A DNA stretch of 55,295 nucleotides from an uncultured virus (IMG/VR IMGVR_UViG_3300042485_000398) (taxonomy: Duplodnaviria > Heunggongvirae > Uroviricota > Caudoviricetes): positions 62,001 through 117,295 of IMG/VR virus record IMGVR_UViG_3300042485_000398. One strand, 5' to 3'. The notes under the pieces were generated by a model, which saw only the letters and a program-made list of their open reading frames with translations, was not told where the DNA came from and did no database searches. The stretch's first letter is position 1. The number at the start of each line of letters is the position of its first letter. This document shows positions 36,693 through 46,439 of the stretch, in pieces. The position numbers and the translations under genes were made by a program.

Positions 36693-37806
36693 TTAGCTCA
36701 TTCCACAAGTTATAAAATTTTATGTCTTTTTTAAGAAATTTTGTTTCTAATTCTTCAATCCAAGAATCTAATTGTATCGTTTCATCTCTAACATTTGTAA
36801 CTTCATTGTCGTCAACATGAGATAGAAGACTTTCTCTGATATTTACCAATTGAATGATATCAGAAGAAAAGTAGGATTCATATTTGTCGATGCATATATC
36901 TAACTGATCTATTGCTAATTTTTTTATTTCAGGCGTAGCAGCAAAAATATTAAGTGAACGAGGAGAAGTCAATAGCTGAAATGTAATACCGTCATAATAG
37001 TCGCTGTAGTAAACATAATCACAGAATTCCACTAAACTTAAAGCACTGGGCAAACAATAGGTTGCATGAATAGTAAGTTTACTATCACTAAAATTTCTAA
37101 TATATTTTACATTTTCCTCAAATGCATTCCATTTTGCACCATGTCTAATATATTCGAATTTGTCCTTAATAGTTTCAAAGCTAACTGCCCACTTAACTTT
37201 TTTTCCTAGAGTTAATAGCTTTTTAGCAACGTCATTGTTTTTAACATCTACCGCCATATTAGATAGGACATAGTAAAACTTGTCAGGTAAAATATCAATT
37301 AAATCCAAATTTTGCTTCTGTAGTAGAGGCTCACCCCCTAGAAGTTGCACACTAAAAACGTCATCTGCATTCTGTTTTATAAACTCAAGCAATTGAGCAT
37401 CGGTATCTTTCGAGTTCTTTTCAAAATTGTCTTGGAGTATAGATGCCCACTTAGAACTAAATTGTGAGTTACAGTAAATACAACTTAGGTTACATGTGTT
37501 GTCCCATCTTAGATCCAGGGATGTCAATTGAAAATCTGTTGGTTCAGAGAAGTTTTTAGGATTAGTAATCTTTCGTTGTGATATACTTCCTCCTTTTTCT
37601 GCCAAATCACAATAAGAACAATAACTTTCTGGTTGGCCAAGTAGAATATTTTCACGAATTTTATTAGCCTTTTTCCCTAGTAACATCTCAGAAGGATTGT
37701 CTTTTTTTATGTTACCCAAAGGAAAAGAGCCAGCACAACAGAACTTAATATCTCCGTTGGTGTTGAGAAATAATCCAGTAAAAGGATATTCACAGAATTT
37801 ATTCAT
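36673..37806 (-). CDS. Radical SAM protein with N-terminal Twitch/SPASM-like Cys domain
   Basis: CNLSCIYC and GGEPL; N-terminal C..PF...GDIKFCC...CSYC. Confidence 0.88.
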   Translation of the reverse strand: MNKFCEYPFTGLFLNTNGDIKFCCAGSFPLGNIKKDNPSEMLLGKKANKIRENILLGQPESYCSYCDLAEKGGSISQRKITNPKNFSEPTDFQLTSLDLRWDNTCNLSCIYCNSQFSSKWASILQDNFEKNSKDTDAQLLEFIKQNADDVFSVQLLGGEPLLQKQNLDLIDILPDKFYYVLSNMAVDVKNNDVAKKLLTLGKKVKWAVSFETIKDKFEYIRHGAKWNAFEENVKYIRNFSDSKLTIHATYCLPSALSLVEFCDYVYYSDYYDGITFQLLTSPRSLNIFAATPEIKKLAIDQLDICIDKYESYFSSDIIQLVNIRESLLSHVDDNEVTNVRDETIQLDSWIEELETKFLKKDIKFYNLWNELSVDPIP

Positions 37807-38668
37807 TAATCAAATACTTATATAGTTCTTCTGCCATCACTTGGTGTTCAGAAATTTTAGGATGACCGAAACCACAATATTTTGGATGAGGCTCTAATGC
37901 ATTCCAATTTCTACCATATTCATAACTCTTAAAATAATAATCAAGTTTCATGATGGAGGGCAAATCTTTACTTTTTTCTGCTATACGATACATATTTGAT
38001 TGATAGAAAGTCGGATCTGAAATCCCTTTGAAAATATTATTGTAGTTAGTGGTGACATGAAAACTTTTTACTCTACCATTTGTTCGATGGTAGAGATTAT
38101 CAATATATTGAATTTGCCAGTAGGCATCCCAGCATATTTGATATGTGTTTCCCACGGTAGCTACATAATCTTTGTGAAATTTCGGCGAGGGCCAATCCGC
38201 ATGATATGACAATAACGGCTTCTTCGTTATTCCATTCTCATTTAACCAAAACCATCTATTAGCACTTGTTAATCCAAATAGAACTAAGTCTTTATCTCCG
38301 ATTTTCCCAGTGGCCAGGTCTTCCTCATAGCAGTATATTGAATACTCCATGCCTGCTCCACCAAGCCCTCTGTTTATCCAAGGAACGCCAAACTTATCTG
38401 CCAGCCAACGCGGCCATGCCACTTCTTTGGTACGGCGTATCTGTTCGCCCCAATCCCATCTGCCGTTCTCATCGAATAAAGTTTTATCGGAACAATACTT
38501 CGGATTATAATATTTTGTATTCCACTCAGGACAGTATAATCCGCCCAAGTCAATTTTTGTTTTATCAACTTCGTATTCCGTTAACGCATCAACAAAAACA
38601 TGATCTAGCGTTTCATCACCGGCAGTCATACTACAACCATAAGCAATGATTCTATCGAATTCAATCAT
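37799..38668 (-). CDS. SGNH/GDSL-like protein (paralog-like to 35817-36692)
   Basis: AYGCSMTAG, INRGLGG and C-terminal GHPKISEH. Confidence 0.55.
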   Translation of the reverse strand: MIEFDRIIAYGCSMTAGDETLDHVFVDALTEYEVDKTKIDLGGLYCPEWNTKYYNPKYCSDKTLFDENGRWDWGEQIRRTKEVAWPRWLADKFGVPWINRGLGGAGMEYSIYCYEEDLATGKIGDKDLVLFGLTSANRWFWLNENGITKKPLLSYHADWPSPKFHKDYVATVGNTYQICWDAYWQIQYIDNLYHRTNGRVKSFHVTTNYNNIFKGISDPTFYQSNMYRIAEKSKDLPSIMKLDYYFKSYEYGRNWNALEPHPKYCGFGHPKISEHQVMAEELYKYLINE

Positions 38669-38768
38669 AAATGAACGGGTCCTGCTTTCGGATCTCAGCC
38701 AGTCTCTTTTTATACTTTTGCTTTAGAACATATGAATTATATAATCTTTGAATCCATTTAAACAACAT
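38661..38768 (-). CDS. 35-aa peptide MLFKWIQRLYNSYVLKQKYKKRLAEIRKQDPFIYD
   Basis: Hand-translated. Fills the only gap in the operon and overlaps both neighbours (11 nt upstream, 8 nt downstream). PFIY C-terminal motif recalls small proteins found beside carbamoyltransferases. Confidence 0.7.
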   Translation of the reverse strand: MLFKWIQRLYNSYVLKQKYKKRLAEIRKQDPFIYD

Positions 38769-39930
38769 AAATTTCGTCCCTATTATTATTTTTACCACAT
38801 GCTTCTGAGCAAACATAAAGTTTACCGTCAGAGCAGCTTTTCTTCTTCCATGTATCTTTCAGATTTTGATAGTAAAGACCATCGACAATTGTTTGAAAGT
38901 TGCTAGTATTTAGATTGATGGAGGAAGTTCTTGTTTGAGAATAATGCCATTTTTTAAATTGATATTCATCAATTCTATGATAGCTATTATTAATCGCACT
39001 ATCAAACCAACAACATGGTAGTAAATCGCCACTAGAATTGACATAAAATGTTTTCTTGTTATTAGAATTGCATTTAGGTTCGATTTCAGTATGCTCTAGT
39101 TCACTGGTATATTCTTTTGGACTTCTGAATATCTTTTTAAAATCTTCATGTTCGTCTTCTATGCTCATAAAGATATCTCTTACATCAACAGCCGTTTTAT
39201 CCATTCGCTCTACATCATAGTTTCTAAAAACGATGTTTCTTTCGTTGTCATATTGAAAAGACACTCTATATTTTTCAGATGGTGCCTGAATTGCATATTC
39301 AAACTTACCGGTAGCATCATGAACTGGAATACTACTAACACTCTCAAATCCTAGCGGTCGTTTCGCAATAAATTTTGCTCCAACACTCTCGGCCAAACTT
39401 TTAGCGTAATTAACCTGATGTTCATTGTGGGCAAATACTAAAAATTCCCAGACAATATTCGCACCAGTGGTAGTAGCGGCAATAAAATTATTAAATGCCG
39501 TATCCCATTTGACATTTCTACGATATATATGGTTGGTGTCTTCAAGCCCATCTATACTAAAGACGATATCTCCCTTGTATAATTCTGGATTGAATAACGC
39601 GCCCATTTTTTGCCAGAAATCTTCATTTCTAGTGCCACCGTTTGTGTGAAGTCTTATCGCTGATTTAGGCGACACTTCTCGAATATAGGAAACAATTTCG
39701 TGTAGATCCCTACACAATGAGGGATCACCAGAACTTCCGCATAAAATCCACACTTCAACTTTTTCACATACTTCCGGCGTGAACCAAGTTTTAAATTTTT
39801 CTAGACTAATCTGAGATAATTCAATCGTGCTTTTAGTTTTCCCACCCATCCAGTTACGTGTGCATCCGGGGCATGCCGCATTACAGTTATTGGTGAGTTC
39901 GATGTGTAACTCGTAAATATTAGGAATCAT
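38758..39930 (-). CDS. Radical SAM protein with C-terminal SPASM/Twitch-like domain
   Basis: ELTNNCNAACPGC, TNGG and FSIDG; C-terminal GDLLPCC...CSEAC. Confidence 0.88.
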   Translation of the reverse strand: MIPNIYELHIELTNNCNAACPGCTRNWMGGKTKSTIELSQISLEKFKTWFTPEVCEKVEVWILCGSSGDPSLCRDLHEIVSYIREVSPKSAIRLHTNGGTRNEDFWQKMGALFNPELYKGDIVFSIDGLEDTNHIYRRNVKWDTAFNNFIAATTTGANIVWEFLVFAHNEHQVNYAKSLAESVGAKFIAKRPLGFESVSSIPVHDATGKFEYAIQAPSEKYRVSFQYDNERNIVFRNYDVERMDKTAVDVRDIFMSIEDEHEDFKKIFRSPKEYTSELEHTEIEPKCNSNNKKTFYVNSSGDLLPCCWFDSAINNSYHRIDEYQFKKWHYSQTRTSSINLNTSNFQTIVDGLYYQNLKDTWKKKSCSDGKLYVCSEACGKNNNRDEIYVV

Positions 39931-41171
39931 CTATATGCTTCCAATTTTTTTGCCCAGTCTGGAAAGTATTCAGAAAACTTTTGATTTTTATACTTATCAT
40001 GTTTTTCTGAAATAACATAGAAATTGCTGAAATGTCTTTCCGAAGGCCTCTCTGACATTAAATGCGTAGTCACATTTCTTAGCGTATCAAAATTCCATTC
40101 ATTAGCCTCTTTATATTCAGAAATATAAGATGTGATTTTTTGGATTAGCTCTAGCTTAATTTCTCTGGGCAAATTGGTTATCTTATAATGATCTGGCTTG
40201 TATAACATGTTATACCATATACCAGAATTCACTCCATATCTATTACGTATGAATCTATCAAACTCTGTGATGTGGTCAATATTAGCTATGCTTATAGTAT
40301 AACAAAAACTAATCTTTATTGACGGATGTTTCCGACTTAACTCATGAAACTTGTCAATATTTGCAAGAACCACATCCCATTTTGCAGGATGTCTCATGTA
40401 TTCAAATACCTGTTCTATTCCATCGATACTTAGTGCAATATCAGAGGTTTGAAACTGAGTGAAAACATCAATCTGTTTTTGACTAGGAAAAATTGTGCCA
40501 TTTGTATTACAATGCAGGTACTGGGACTTACTTACCCCAGCTTCAATACACTTATGTAACATTTTCCATGGCTTAGTAATTAATAACGGTTCACCGCCAT
40601 AAAAGTCAATTCTTTTAGATTGTAGAATCCATTGTTCAAATTCTTCCCACAATAATGGATTGTCATCCGAGTAACTTATTCTCGCGGGCTCGAAGCGGGC
40701 AAGAAATTTTCTTTTATCTGCATATTCTTTTAAATATACATCATATTCTTCTGTTTGCCAAGCACTACTGCTATTTGAGTTGCACGTTCTACACCTTAAA
40801 TTGCATGTATTACCAAACTTCATGTCAATATAGAACGGCGTTTCTGGGCCCATAACATCAGGATAATCCTGTTCATATTTTTCCCACAAATGTTGCTCTC
40901 TCAGGCGCTTACTAATTTTTCCTCCAGCATTTTCTTCTTCCCAACAAGCAATACAATTGGGATGCTGAATGCCAGCATCTAATGCTTCCAAAATTTCTCG
41001 TCTGTGATTGCTTTTCCAAAACTGACTAGGCTTATGCGTATTGAACCGCATCTCCTTGCCATCATCGTCTAATAATACGTCTCTTGCCATGCAGCATGTT
41101 TTAGCATTGCCCATAGTCTCGGTTGCAATTCCATATTTGGCAGTCAGACAAGTTAATTTTTTGGTAGACAT
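39927..41171 (-). CDS. Radical SAM protein with N-terminal Twitch-like domain
   Basis: CNLRCRTC and GGEPL; N-terminal GNAKTCC...CIACW. Confidence 0.88.
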   Translation of the reverse strand: MSTKKLTCLTAKYGIATETMGNAKTCCMARDVLLDDDGKEMRFNTHKPSQFWKSNHRREILEALDAGIQHPNCIACWEEENAGGKISKRLREQHLWEKYEQDYPDVMGPETPFYIDMKFGNTCNLRCRTCNSNSSSAWQTEEYDVYLKEYADKRKFLARFEPARISYSDDNPLLWEEFEQWILQSKRIDFYGGEPLLITKPWKMLHKCIEAGVSKSQYLHCNTNGTIFPSQKQIDVFTQFQTSDIALSIDGIEQVFEYMRHPAKWDVVLANIDKFHELSRKHPSIKISFCYTISIANIDHITEFDRFIRNRYGVNSGIWYNMLYKPDHYKITNLPREIKLELIQKITSYISEYKEANEWNFDTLRNVTTHLMSERPSERHFSNFYVISEKHDKYKNQKFSEYFPDWAKKLEAYR

Positions 41172-42364
41172 TTTTCAGCCCAAGGATAGGTTTCAAACAC
41201 ATTCTGTTTTCTGATCTTATCAAGTAACTGTTGTTTCATAACAAAATTATTTTGAATAATAGGATTATGTAGATTATCGGTTCTGGATTCCAGGTATTTG
41301 ATGATAAATTCTACTGCTTGTTTATTTAAAGCATTAGTATTTTTCTGAACCTCAAAATATTCCCGCAATTCGTTCAATCTAAGATTATAATTATCTTCGG
41401 GCATAACATCAGGCTGCAAAAAATCTGGACTATTAACAGGAATAACGGAACAGTGAATTCCAACCGTATCAAAGAAACGAATCAAGTCTGCCATTGTATC
41501 CAAAGATAAGTTTTGTAATGTTGTGCTTATGGTAGCATGAATGTTTTGATGTTCTTGCATAATGGTTTTGTAAGTCAATAAGTTCTTTTCGATTTTTTTC
41601 CACCTACCAGGAAATCTAATATATTCAAACGTTGACTTATAACCATCAATACTAAGGCCGAGATGAACTTCTCTAAACTGTTTCCAGTAGTCGATAAATT
41701 CATACGGGTTGTTCATTCCGTTGGTATTATAGTGTAGCGCAATGTTTTTTGCCGCACCAGTCTCGCATAAAAATTGTAGTAGCTTAAGGTTTTCATCAAT
41801 GATTAGCGGTTCACCGCCTATCAAATAAATTTGTTTGATAGTATGAATATGTTGTGACAATACCTCATTGATATCTACGGCATCAATCCACTTTGTATCC
41901 GACCAACTAGACTGATAATATTGTTTTGCTTCCGGGTGTTCATCTACTTCCTTACGAATCAGAGAACTACTGAACGGCCCACACATTCTGCATTTAAGAT
42001 TGCACTTGGCATCCAAATCAAATTCAACTTTTACAATACCAATAGGCTCTGGACTTTTTTCAGCCACAATCCTATCATATTCTTTACGAAAGACTGAATT
42101 CGCATAATCTCTAAAACTCTTATTACCAGAGTCTTCGATATTCCAGCATCGTGAGCAAAGTTCTGGCTTATTCCCCTTTAACATTTCATCTCGCAGATAC
42201 GACATGGTTTTTGTTTTCAGTAATGTATTCACATCATAGTTTTCTTTGTCTTTGATGTTTTCTTGAACTTGTTTTGAGCCAATCGCATTGCAACAAGGCC
42301 TAAATTCCCCGTGTGAGCCAATGCTCAAATTCATCCAGGGATATACGCAAATAGTATCTGACAT
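41153..42364 (-). CDS. Radical SAM protein with N-terminal Twitch-like domain
   Basis: CNLKCRMC and GGEPL; N-terminal CVYPW...GEFRPCC...CSRCW. Confidence 0.88.
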   Translation of the reverse strand: MSDTICVYPWMNLSIGSHGEFRPCCNAIGSKQVQENIKDKENYDVNTLLKTKTMSYLRDEMLKGNKPELCSRCWNIEDSGNKSFRDYANSVFRKEYDRIVAEKSPEPIGIVKVEFDLDAKCNLKCRMCGPFSSSLIRKEVDEHPEAKQYYQSSWSDTKWIDAVDINEVLSQHIHTIKQIYLIGGEPLIIDENLKLLQFLCETGAAKNIALHYNTNGMNNPYEFIDYWKQFREVHLGLSIDGYKSTFEYIRFPGRWKKIEKNLLTYKTIMQEHQNIHATISTTLQNLSLDTMADLIRFFDTVGIHCSVIPVNSPDFLQPDVMPEDNYNLRLNELREYFEVQKNTNALNKQAVEFIIKYLESRTDNLHNPIIQNNFVMKQQLLDKIRKQNVFETYPWAEKCLPKN

Positions 42365-43614
42365 TATTGTACCTCGTTTACGTGATTTCTATTATTACCC
42401 AATTCACCCTGATCCAGTTTATTGAATTCTAAACCACAACAAGAACTGCATTGATGACTGCGCATCGAACTACCACGCTCGAAACTCATCGGTAGATATC
42501 TTTGAAAATATGCAGTATTAATAATTTCTTCTAAAGTATGCTTATGAAGATCCAGTGAGTCCATACCACCATTAAGTTCGATCATTTTAAGCGAGTTATC
42601 ATTAGGATTTGACCATTGCGCACCAAATCTCCATGGTTCTCCGCCTAGAAAACAACAAGGGAAAACATGACCTGTGGCAGACAAGAACACTTCGTTGTTT
42701 TTCTGGTGTTCATTAATCTTTGCTCGACACATAATACCCAAAGAGTTGTGTTTAATCTTAATTGTTTCGTTGGAGTCGGGATCATGATTTACTAAAAACT
42801 CTTCTGTGTTTTCAGGCATCAATCTACCAAATTCTTCATTTGTGATATATTGTGGAATAAGATTCTTTATTGCTTTTGCAAAAACAACATCATTTTGATG
42901 CTTTAGTCTCTCTTCTTCCGGTTGCTTGATGTAGTATGAGGAACCATCTGGATTTCTAACTCTGTAGTACCCTCTTCCGGCTGCATCATATCCTTGCCAT
43001 CTAGTTGTTCTTTTAATATTGAAAGTTCTAAAATTCAATTCTTTTGCGATGGCCTTGGCTTCGTCAATTTGATGCTCATTAAAATCAAACGCGATAAAGT
43101 CCCATTTAGCTATGCCGCCTGCGGCAGTAAATGCTTTCATATTAGCATGAATTTTAGCAAAATTGGTATTTCTTCTGTATAGGTGATTTGTGTCCCATAA
43201 GCCATCAACAGAAAAAGTTACACCATCATCTCGTTGATTTTCTCCGTTGAGAATTTGACCTAGTTCTTTCCACCAACCTTCCGATCTAGCACTAGCATTT
43301 GTGTGCATTACTAATGAGAGATATGGGTTATTTTCTCGCAAATACTTGAATATTGGCAAAGTATCTTTAGCAGTAATAGGATCTCCATAATTCCCACATG
43401 CATACACCCGTCTAAGTTGTGAAACAAACGGAATAGGAAACCATTCTTTGAATTGTTCTAGAGAAATATCTGTTAGATTTAGAAGAGGATTGATTTCTTT
43501 ACCCTGATTGATATAACGAGGACACATAGGACATCCTGCATTACATTTATTAGATAATTCAATGTGCATCGCAGTAATATTGCGCCACGATTTGTATAGT
43601 GGTTCAACTTGCAT
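42364..43614 (-). CDS. Radical SAM protein with C-terminal SPASM/Twitch-like domain
   Basis: ELSNKCNAGCPMC, CGNYGDP and FSVDG; C-terminal GHVFPCC...CSSCC. Confidence 0.88.
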   Translation of the reverse strand: MQVEPLYKSWRNITAMHIELSNKCNAGCPMCPRYINQGKEINPLLNLTDISLEQFKEWFPIPFVSQLRRVYACGNYGDPITAKDTLPIFKYLRENNPYLSLVMHTNASARSEGWWKELGQILNGENQRDDGVTFSVDGLWDTNHLYRRNTNFAKIHANMKAFTAAGGIAKWDFIAFDFNEHQIDEAKAIAKELNFRTFNIKRTTRWQGYDAAGRGYYRVRNPDGSSYYIKQPEEERLKHQNDVVFAKAIKNLIPQYITNEEFGRLMPENTEEFLVNHDPDSNETIKIKHNSLGIMCRAKINEHQKNNEVFLSATGHVFPCCFLGGEPWRFGAQWSNPNDNSLKMIELNGGMDSLDLHKHTLEEIINTAYFQRYLPMSFERGSSMRSHQCSSCCGLEFNKLDQGELGNNRNHVNEVQ

Positions 43615-45010
43615 TTTCAGTTAATTCCTTGCACATGTGGTAAAAATCCTTGTATTCAGGAAAAGTTTCTATTAGATTAAGCCCAGGAGAACGTTTGTCA
43701 TATTCGGAAAAGAACTTATAGAAGTCCTTGCGACCGGTTTCGATTAATTCAGGAGTAATCCTAGGTCCACCAGTCACAAAGTAATTTCTTACTCGCTTTA
43801 GCTTTTCCCATTCATGTTCATTGAATCCAAACTCCATTCCGTATGGAGTAATACGCTGCTTGATGAAATCAAGGTCCTCATCGATATATGATACCCATTC
43901 TGGCGGAAGAAGATTAATCATCCAATGTGGTGGTTCTTTTAGATACGGCGTATCAAATCCAATACGCTCTTTACCCCACTTATCGCGAAGTTCTAATATC
44001 TTTTCTAAGAATGGACGGAAAGAAGCAACACACAGAATGTTGTAGGTACACATAAAACTAATGTTTGCTTTTGGAACAATTCTTAGATATGTTTCTACGT
44101 TCTGCAAGAAAAGATCCTGATCCAGACCTCTGCGCATATATTCTGCCTTCGGTCCCCACGATTCTAGACTTGTGTAAAGTTTGAAATCCTTAATTTTCTT
44201 ATTTTCGATCATCGACTTTACTGTTTCAGCAAACTTTGTCACTCGATTATTCGAAACGCCAAGATTACTATTCAAATTCAATTCAAGATGCTGAGTACCA
44301 TCACCCTCTTCAATCAATTTAAACAACTTCATTGTGTTTGAGTTGATAAGTGCTTCGCCGCCCGTCAGGCGAAGAACACGGAGATCCTTCTTTAGGTCAG
44401 GCCACCACTTCCAAAATGCCTCGATGTAGGGATTGTATTCGTCATCTCTATACACCTTACTAGTTTCTAGATATTCAATCCCATACTGATTATAACTAAT
44501 GTCATAATTACCATGCTTGCGGATTTCATCTTCCCATAGTGAAGATGCTTGTGGACAGCAATAACCACACTTAAAATTACAACCTGCACCAAAACTAACT
44601 TCAAGGAAGTAAGGATTGTAGTCTGCATCCCATGCCGTATTCTTAATCATTTCAGTTTCAGCGGCGGCATCTATCCAATGACTTGCATTATGAAACATTC
44701 TATCGCTAAAATTTTCGCCAGGAAGATTTTCTACGTTCCAGCAGTAGTAACATTCTTCTGGACGTCCGCCCTCAAGCATAATTTTACGCTGTTCTTTCTT
44801 CCACTTCGTATTATGAAGTGCAGAAGGATTTTCAGCAATTTCTTCTAAAGGAATATGACGAGGGCGAGGATGATAACAACTGTGATTGTCGCCCATATGA
44901 AGATACAGAGTCTCGTGGCGCCATTTTTGCAGACAAAATCCATTACCCACTGTATTCAGTGTATCTCGGACTTTTTTTACCTTATTAATATATTCTAAAT
45001 TATCACTCAT
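43604..45010 (-). CDS. Radical SAM protein (FC..KW/HSC.HP subtype)
   Basis: CNFKCGYC and TGGE; N-terminal FCLQKW...HSCYHP...CYYCW. Confidence 0.88.
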   Translation of the reverse strand: MSDNLEYINKVKKVRDTLNTVGNGFCLQKWRHETLYLHMGDNHSCYHPRPRHIPLEEIAENPSALHNTKWKKEQRKIMLEGGRPEECYYCWNVENLPGENFSDRMFHNASHWIDAAAETEMIKNTAWDADYNPYFLEVSFGAGCNFKCGYCCPQASSLWEDEIRKHGNYDISYNQYGIEYLETSKVYRDDEYNPYIEAFWKWWPDLKKDLRVLRLTGGEALINSNTMKLFKLIEEGDGTQHLELNLNSNLGVSNNRVTKFAETVKSMIENKKIKDFKLYTSLESWGPKAEYMRRGLDQDLFLQNVETYLRIVPKANISFMCTYNILCVASFRPFLEKILELRDKWGKERIGFDTPYLKEPPHWMINLLPPEWVSYIDEDLDFIKQRITPYGMEFGFNEHEWEKLKRVRNYFVTGGPRITPELIETGRKDFYKFFSEYDKRSPGLNLIETFPEYKDFYHMCKELTENAS

Positions 45011-46439
45011 TAATCAGGCCTTCGCATTCTTCAATAAATTCTATCATTTCTGGAAATGTTTCTTTGAGGTTAGTCTTACGCCGCTTATCATGTTCTCTAA
45101 AATGCATAGTGAAGTTTTTCTTATGAAGAATTTCTTCATCTTTAGGCATTGGTTCAACTGCCCAGTCATAAAGGCGCTTTACTTTGTCAATTTCATAATC
45201 TTTGAAACCCTTAAATCGATTTGATACGGTCTCTTTGTTTTGCTCCATAAATTCGATACTATTTAGCAAAGGCTGCAACATCTCTTTAGATGCCAACTTT
45301 AGACTCAGCCACTTAGGATCAGTAAGCATAGGAGTATCAAACCAAACCAACTGTCTATCCGTATTATACTCTTGACGCAATCTTAAAATATTTTGAAAGT
45401 ATGTCATCCAATTCGGTAAACATAGAATGTTACATGTCACAATAAAGGTTAGAGAATGCTTTTCACCTTCACTCAAAAATTGTGTGATGTTTTTATAAAG
45501 AACATCAAAATCCATACCTGTCCGAATATACTCTGCCTGTTTTCCCCAACTATCGAGACTACAGAAGAGCATGAAGTGATCGATTGCATCCTGATCTGTG
45601 ATTTCTTTCAAGTCATCCATAAACTTTTGCCACTGTCCTTTTGGAGGGCAACAATTGCTAGTAATACTTAGCGTCAAATCTGGTTTTGGATTTTTCTTGA
45701 CATGGTCAAAAATCTTAAAAGTATTCTTATCCATCAAAGGCTCGCCGCCTGTCATACGAAATGTCTTTAACTTGTCATATACAGTAGGAAACCACTCCCA
45801 GAATGCAACAAGATATGGATTTACAGGAGAATTATCCGGCACCCAACCCTGTTCTTTCATCCAACCATCGTCATTATGAGTTCTATCGAAAAGCCGATAT
45901 GGACCATGCTCTTTAATTTCTTTATGCCACTCTGTAGACAAATGAGGGGAACAATATGTGCATTTTAAATTGCAGGCCTGATTAAAGTTGACTTCCAAAT
46001 ATTTGGGGGCAGGATTTCCTTCAAACCCAACTGCTAACGCTTCATCGATAATACCCGGCGAGTTAACATCAAAACTGCGATACGCTCTATCGCTCATATT
46101 ACCAGTATCTTCGATATCCCAACAGAAAGAGCATTCCGACGGTCTTTCGCCTAGTAACATCTTCTTTCGCTGTTCTTTCTTGTATTTTGTGTTATGTAAA
46201 GCACCTGGATCTGCCGCAAGTTCCTCTAAAGGAACCTTATGGGTTCTAGGATGATAGCAACTATGAGTTCTGCCAGTAGGAATATGAATGCTGACATTAA
46301 ACCACTTTGCAAGACAAAAGGAAGGACTTACTTTGTTTAAGCCTTCCAGCATATCCTTAGTGTTGTCAAAGTAAACACTCTTGTATGCTCCATCTAGATC
46401 GGCAGTTACTTCATCACCGCGTTGATTTTCATCGTTCAT
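45003..46439 (-). CDS. Radical SAM protein (FC..KW/HSC.HP subtype)
   Basis: CNLKCTYC and TGGEP; N-terminal FCLAKW...HSCYHP...CSFCW. Confidence 0.88.
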   Translation of the reverse strand: MNDENQRGDEVTADLDGAYKSVYFDNTKDMLEGLNKVSPSFCLAKWFNVSIHIPTGRTHSCYHPRTHKVPLEELAADPGALHNTKYKKEQRKKMLLGERPSECSFCWDIEDTGNMSDRAYRSFDVNSPGIIDEALAVGFEGNPAPKYLEVNFNQACNLKCTYCSPHLSTEWHKEIKEHGPYRLFDRTHNDDGWMKEQGWVPDNSPVNPYLVAFWEWFPTVYDKLKTFRMTGGEPLMDKNTFKIFDHVKKNPKPDLTLSITSNCCPPKGQWQKFMDDLKEITDQDAIDHFMLFCSLDSWGKQAEYIRTGMDFDVLYKNITQFLSEGEKHSLTFIVTCNILCLPNWMTYFQNILRLRQEYNTDRQLVWFDTPMLTDPKWLSLKLASKEMLQPLLNSIEFMEQNKETVSNRFKGFKDYEIDKVKRLYDWAVEPMPKDEEILHKKNFTMHFREHDKRRKTNLKETFPEMIEFIEECEGLINE

